In this document: positions 37,688 to 41,003 of the stretch, piece after piece
Layout of the letters: each line of letters opens with the position of its first letter
How positions within the stretch are numbered: the first letter of the stretch is position 1
NCBI GenBank assembly: GCA_038209745.1
Contig: JBBQXJ010000040.1
Span: 1 to 41,003, forward strand
DNA length: 41,003 nucleotides
Reading direction: 5' to 3'
Source: Verrucomicrobiota bacterium
Lineage (GTDB): Bacteria > Verrucomicrobiota > Verrucomicrobiia > Limisphaerales > CANJSG01
Position numbers and translations under genes: made by a program
Notes under the pieces: generated by a model
What the model was told of the DNA's origin: nothing
Database searches by the model: none
What the model saw: the letters and a program-made list of their open reading frames with translations, nothing else

Positions 37688-38617
37688 ATGCAGACGATCC
37701 AAGCCATCGATTCCCATACCGGCGGCGAACCAACCCGCACGGTCATTGCCGGCGGTCCCGCTCTTGGCGGCGGCACGGTCGCCGAGCAGTTGGCGGTGTT
37801 CCGCGACCGGTTCGACGACTTCCGTTCGGCCATCGTCAATGAGCCGCGCGGATCGGATGTGATGGTCGGCGCGCTGCTGGTGGAACCCTCGGACAAGACC
37901 TGCACCGCAGGCGTGATCTTCTTCAACAACGTCGGCTTCCTCCACATGTGCGGGCACGGGACGATCGGCGTGGTGGTGACGCTGGCGCATCTGGGCCGCA
38001 TCCAAACGGGAGAACACCGGATCGAGACGAGCGTGGGCGTGGTCACGGCGACCCTGCATCCGGACGGTTCCGTCTCCGTGGCGAACGTGCCGAGTTGGCG
38101 GAAAGCGAAGGCGGTGGTGGTGGAAGTTCCCGGGATCGGTCCGGTCAGCGGCGACGTTGTCTGGGGTGGAAACTGGTTCTTTCTCGTGGAGAAGCACCCG
38201 TGGACGCTTCATCTGAAACACGTCGAGCAGCTGACCGATGTGACGTGGCGGATCCGCCAGGCGGTGAACGCCCAAGGGTATCCCGAAGTGGACCACGTGG
38301 AACTGTTCGGGCCGCCGGCCGATCCGGCACACCACAGCCGCAACTTCGTCCTCTGTCCGGGCAAAGCCTATGACCGTTCTCCGTGCGGCACCGGCACCAG
38401 CGCGAAGCTGGCGGCCTTGGCCGCGGACGGGAAGCTGGCCGAGGGCGAGGTCTGGATCCAGGAAAGCGTCATCGGCAGCACCTTGAGCGGTTGCTTCCGG
38501 TGGTTGGACCGGGCCAAGGGCGAGGTCGCTCCCGTGGTGACGGGCCGGGCCAGCGTCACGTCGGAAACCCGGTTGCTCCTCGATGAAAACGATCCGTTTC
38601 GTTGGGGCATCCGGTGA
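37688..38617 (+). CDS. 4-hydroxyproline 2-epimerase (proline racemase family)
   Basis: DSHTGGEPTR, NEPRG, MCGHGTIG, DRSPCGTGTSA (two catalytic Cys). Confidence 0.92.
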   Translation: MQTIQAIDSHTGGEPTRTVIAGGPALGGGTVAEQLAVFRDRFDDFRSAIVNEPRGSDVMVGALLVEPSDKTCTAGVIFFNNVGFLHMCGHGTIGVVVTLAHLGRIQTGEHRIETSVGVVTATLHPDGSVSVANVPSWRKAKAVVVEVPGIGPVSGDVVWGGNWFFLVEKHPWTLHLKHVEQLTDVTWRIRQAVNAQGYPEVDHVELFGPPADPAHHSRNFVLCPGKAYDRSPCGTGTSAKLAALAADGKLAEGEVWIQESVIGSTLSGCFRWLDRAKGEVAPVVTGRASVTSETRLLLDENDPFRWGIR

Positions 38618-38637
38618 GGCGGACTGATTTCTTCTGA

Positions 38638-39891
38638 ATGTCAAAACACGTCCTCATCATTGGAGCCGGGGTCATCGGCCTCTGCTCCGCTTATTACGCG
38701 GCCAAGAGCGGCCACCGCGTCACGGTCATCGACCGCAATCCGGAACAACGAGACGGCTGTTCCTTCGGCAATGCCGGGATGATCGTGCCGAGCCACTTCG
38801 TGCCGCTGGCGGCGCCCGGGATGGTGGCGCTCGGACTGAAGTGGATGTGGAATCCAGAATCGCCCTTCTACATCAAACCGCGCTTGAGCGGTGAGCTCAT
38901 CGACTGGGGTTTCAAGTTTTGGAAGGCGGCCAACCCGAAACAGGTCAAGGCGGCGGCGCCGTTGCTGCGCGATCTGAATTTTGCGAGCCGGGCCGCCTAC
39001 GAGGAACTGGCCTCTCTGCCGGATGCCGACTTCGGTCTGGTCGAGAAGGGGCTGTTGATGTTGTGCAAGAGCCAGCACGGACTGGACGAGGAAGCGGCGA
39101 TGGCGGCGAAGGCCCGGGCATTGGGAGTGCCGGCGGAAGTGCTCGACGCGCGGCAAACCGCCAGGATCGATCCCGCCGTGACCATGGACGTGGCGGGGTC
39201 GGTCTATTTTCCAAAGGACTGCCACCTCGTTCCCGGTCGCTTCATGGCGATGTTGAAACGGCAGCTCGACCAGATGGGCGTGGTCTTTTGTTGGGAAACA
39301 GAGGTGACCGAGATCGTGCCATCGTCGAAGCGGGTCACGGAGATCCTGACGACGAACGGCGACTTCTCGGCCGACGAATATGTGCTGGCCGGCGGGTCGT
39401 GGTCGCCGCACTTGGCCCGGCGGCTGGGGCTGCACATCCCGATGCAGGCCGGCAAGGGCTACAGCCTGACGTTGGTCCACCCGCGCGAGCTGCCCCAGAT
39501 TTGTTCCATCTTCACCGAAGCCCGCGTCGCGGTGACGCCGGTGGGAGGTTCGCTCCGCGTCGGGGGTACGATGGAGATGTCGGGATTGAACGAGGACATC
39601 AACCCGGCCCGGGTCCAGGGCATCGTGAAGTCGGTGCCCAAGTATTATCCGAAGTTTTCCGTGGAGGATTTTGCCGGGATCAAACCCTGGTGCGGGCTTC
39701 GTCCCTGTTCTCCGGACGGCCTGCCCTACTTGGGGCGGACGGCGAAGTTCGAGAATCTGACCTTGGCAACCGGCCACGCCATGATGGGGCTGAGCCTCGC
39801 GCCCGTTACCGGGAAACTGGTGGCTGAAATCGTTTCGGGTGAGAAGCCTTCGCGCGACTTGATGTTGTTGAATCCGGATCGATATGCGTAG
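38638..39891 (+). CDS. FAD-dependent D-amino acid dehydrogenase (probable D-hydroxyproline dehydrogenase)
   Basis: IIGAGVIG, SFGNAG, GKGYS, GLRPCSPDGLP, ATGH..GLSLAP. Confidence 0.9.
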   Translation: MSKHVLIIGAGVIGLCSAYYAAKSGHRVTVIDRNPEQRDGCSFGNAGMIVPSHFVPLAAPGMVALGLKWMWNPESPFYIKPRLSGELIDWGFKFWKAANPKQVKAAAPLLRDLNFASRAAYEELASLPDADFGLVEKGLLMLCKSQHGLDEEAAMAAKARALGVPAEVLDARQTARIDPAVTMDVAGSVYFPKDCHLVPGRFMAMLKRQLDQMGVVFCWETEVTEIVPSSKRVTEILTTNGDFSADEYVLAGGSWSPHLARRLGLHIPMQAGKGYSLTLVHPRELPQICSIFTEARVAVTPVGGSLRVGGTMEMSGLNEDINPARVQGIVKSVPKYYPKFSVEDFAGIKPWCGLRPCSPDGLPYLGRTAKFENLTLATGHAMMGLSLAPVTGKLVAEIVSGEKPSRDLMLLNPDRYA

Positions 39892-40135
39892 AGCCGGATC
39901 GAGGCACTGCTCGCCGTTGCCGTTTCGTTTATAGCCATCCTGCGAAACAGCGTCGGGATTCTACGGCGGTGTTTGTTCTCCCCGGCATGCGCAGCGCTTG
40001 GGAGATCGCCATCGCAATGGGTTGACCCGCCCTCCGCGGAGGTCTCAGTGAGAGGCGATCCCGGGTTGAACATTTTTAGGTCGTCGCTAATGTGCCGCGC
40101 CTAAACCGAAGCAATCCACTGAACCTACCGACATC

Positions 40136-40771
40136 ATGGCACTCCGACTTGGCGACGAAGCCCCCAATTTCACCGCGGTGACCACCGAAGGCACCGTTGA
40201 TTTCCATCAATGGCTGGGAGGCGGCTGGGGCGTTCTCTTCTCCCATCCGGCCGACTACACCCCGGTCTGCACCACCGAGCTGGGCATGGTCTCGAAGCTC
40301 AAGCCGGAGTTCGACAAGCGCGGCGTGAAGGTCTGCGCCATCAGCGTCGATCCGATCGAGTCGCACCGCGGCTGGGTCAACGACATCAACGAAACCCAGT
40401 GCACGACGATGAACTTCCCGATCATCGCCGATCCGGACCGCAAGGTCTCCGAGCTCTACGACATGATCCATCCGAACGCCGACGCCACGGCGACGGTTCG
40501 CTCGGTCTTCATCATCGGACCGGACAAGAAGGTGAAGCTGATGATCACCTATCCGGCTTCGACCGGGCGCAACTTTACCGAGCTCCTGCGGGTGATCGAT
40601 TCCCTCCAGCTCACCGCGAAGTTCAAGGTGGCGACGCCGGCCAACTGGCAGGACGGCGAGGACTGCATCATCACCCCCGCGGTCAAGGATGCGGACGTGC
40701 CGGCCTTGTTTCCGAAGGGCAGCCGCACGGTGAAGCCCTACCTGCGCTACACGCCGCAGCCGAACAAGTAG
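40136..40771 (+). CDS. 1-Cys peroxiredoxin (Prx6 family)
   Basis: FSHPADYTPVCTTE, YPASTGRNF, ATPANW. Confidence 0.95.
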   Translation: MALRLGDEAPNFTAVTTEGTVDFHQWLGGGWGVLFSHPADYTPVCTTELGMVSKLKPEFDKRGVKVCAISVDPIESHRGWVNDINETQCTTMNFPIIADPDRKVSELYDMIHPNADATATVRSVFIIGPDKKVKLMITYPASTGRNFTELLRVIDSLQLTAKFKVATPANWQDGEDCIITPAVKDADVPALFPKGSRTVKPYLRYTPQPNK

Positions 40772-40790
40772 GCTGGAGGATCGAAGATAT

Positions 40791-40830
40791 AAGAGCGTTC
40801 GGCCGGAACGGACGGAACGCTCTTTTCTTT
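40791..40830 (+). terminator. Intrinsic terminator after the peroxiredoxin gene
   Basis: AAGAGCGTTC...GAACGCTCTT stem followed by TTCTTT. Confidence 0.7.
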
Positions 40831-40863
40831 CGTGGCGACGATGACCCCGCCATCAACATTTCA

Positions 40864-41003
40864 GGTTCCTCGCTGATTGCAGTGGCTGAAGGAGGATATG
40901 GCATGGTGAGGTCCGATGATACCTGAAAAGGCCTTTGAACGGTTGTTGGGACTCGACGAGAGCTGGGAGGTGGGCGGGGCCGAGTATGAGAGCACGCCGG
41001 TGG
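40864..41003 (+). mobile_element. Left end of an ISL3-like insertion sequence; transposase starts at 40916, truncated by window edge
   Basis: MIPEKAFERLLGLDESWEV resembles ISL3 transposase N-termini; GGTTC.. candidate terminal IR preceded by AT-rich ACATTTCA. Confidence 0.6.

Overview
GC-rich bacterial chromosomal window; gene families and protein styles suggest Verrucomicrobiota/PVC (inference). Positions 1 to ~13,000 are the right-hand part of an integrated, plasmid-like element abutting the 3' end of a tRNA-Phe(GAA) gene (13002-13077, minus strand). It carries two tyrosine recombinases, a replication initiator with six 22-23 bp iteron-like repeats and an AT-rich tract, ParA plus an unrecognised partner, two orphan N6-adenine methyltransferases, a PIN/UPF0175-type toxin-antitoxin pair, a degenerate SRAP, a PC4-like ssDNA-binding candidate, an ECF sigma factor with a small partner divergent from an excisionase-like gene, and two pairs of paralogous unknown proteins. 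The rest (~13.2-41 kb) is mostly housekeeping and metabolism: xylA, ubiE/menG, DUF554, a Gly-rich surface protein, gamma-CA, yjdM/phnA, plsY-gpsA-thrB, zwf-pgl, an esterase, apt, a PAP2-ArnT fusion, an OGG glycosylase, an MBL hydrolase, a GGQ rescue factor, an HpnI-like glycosyltransferase, a hydroxyproline-catabolic cluster interrupted by a secreted HExxH peptidase and a CBM-like protein, and a 1-Cys peroxiredoxin. There are three gene remnants (SDR, yjbQ, PQQ-propeller) and the start of an ISL3-like element at the right edge. All family calls come from motif recognition by eye; no searches were run.
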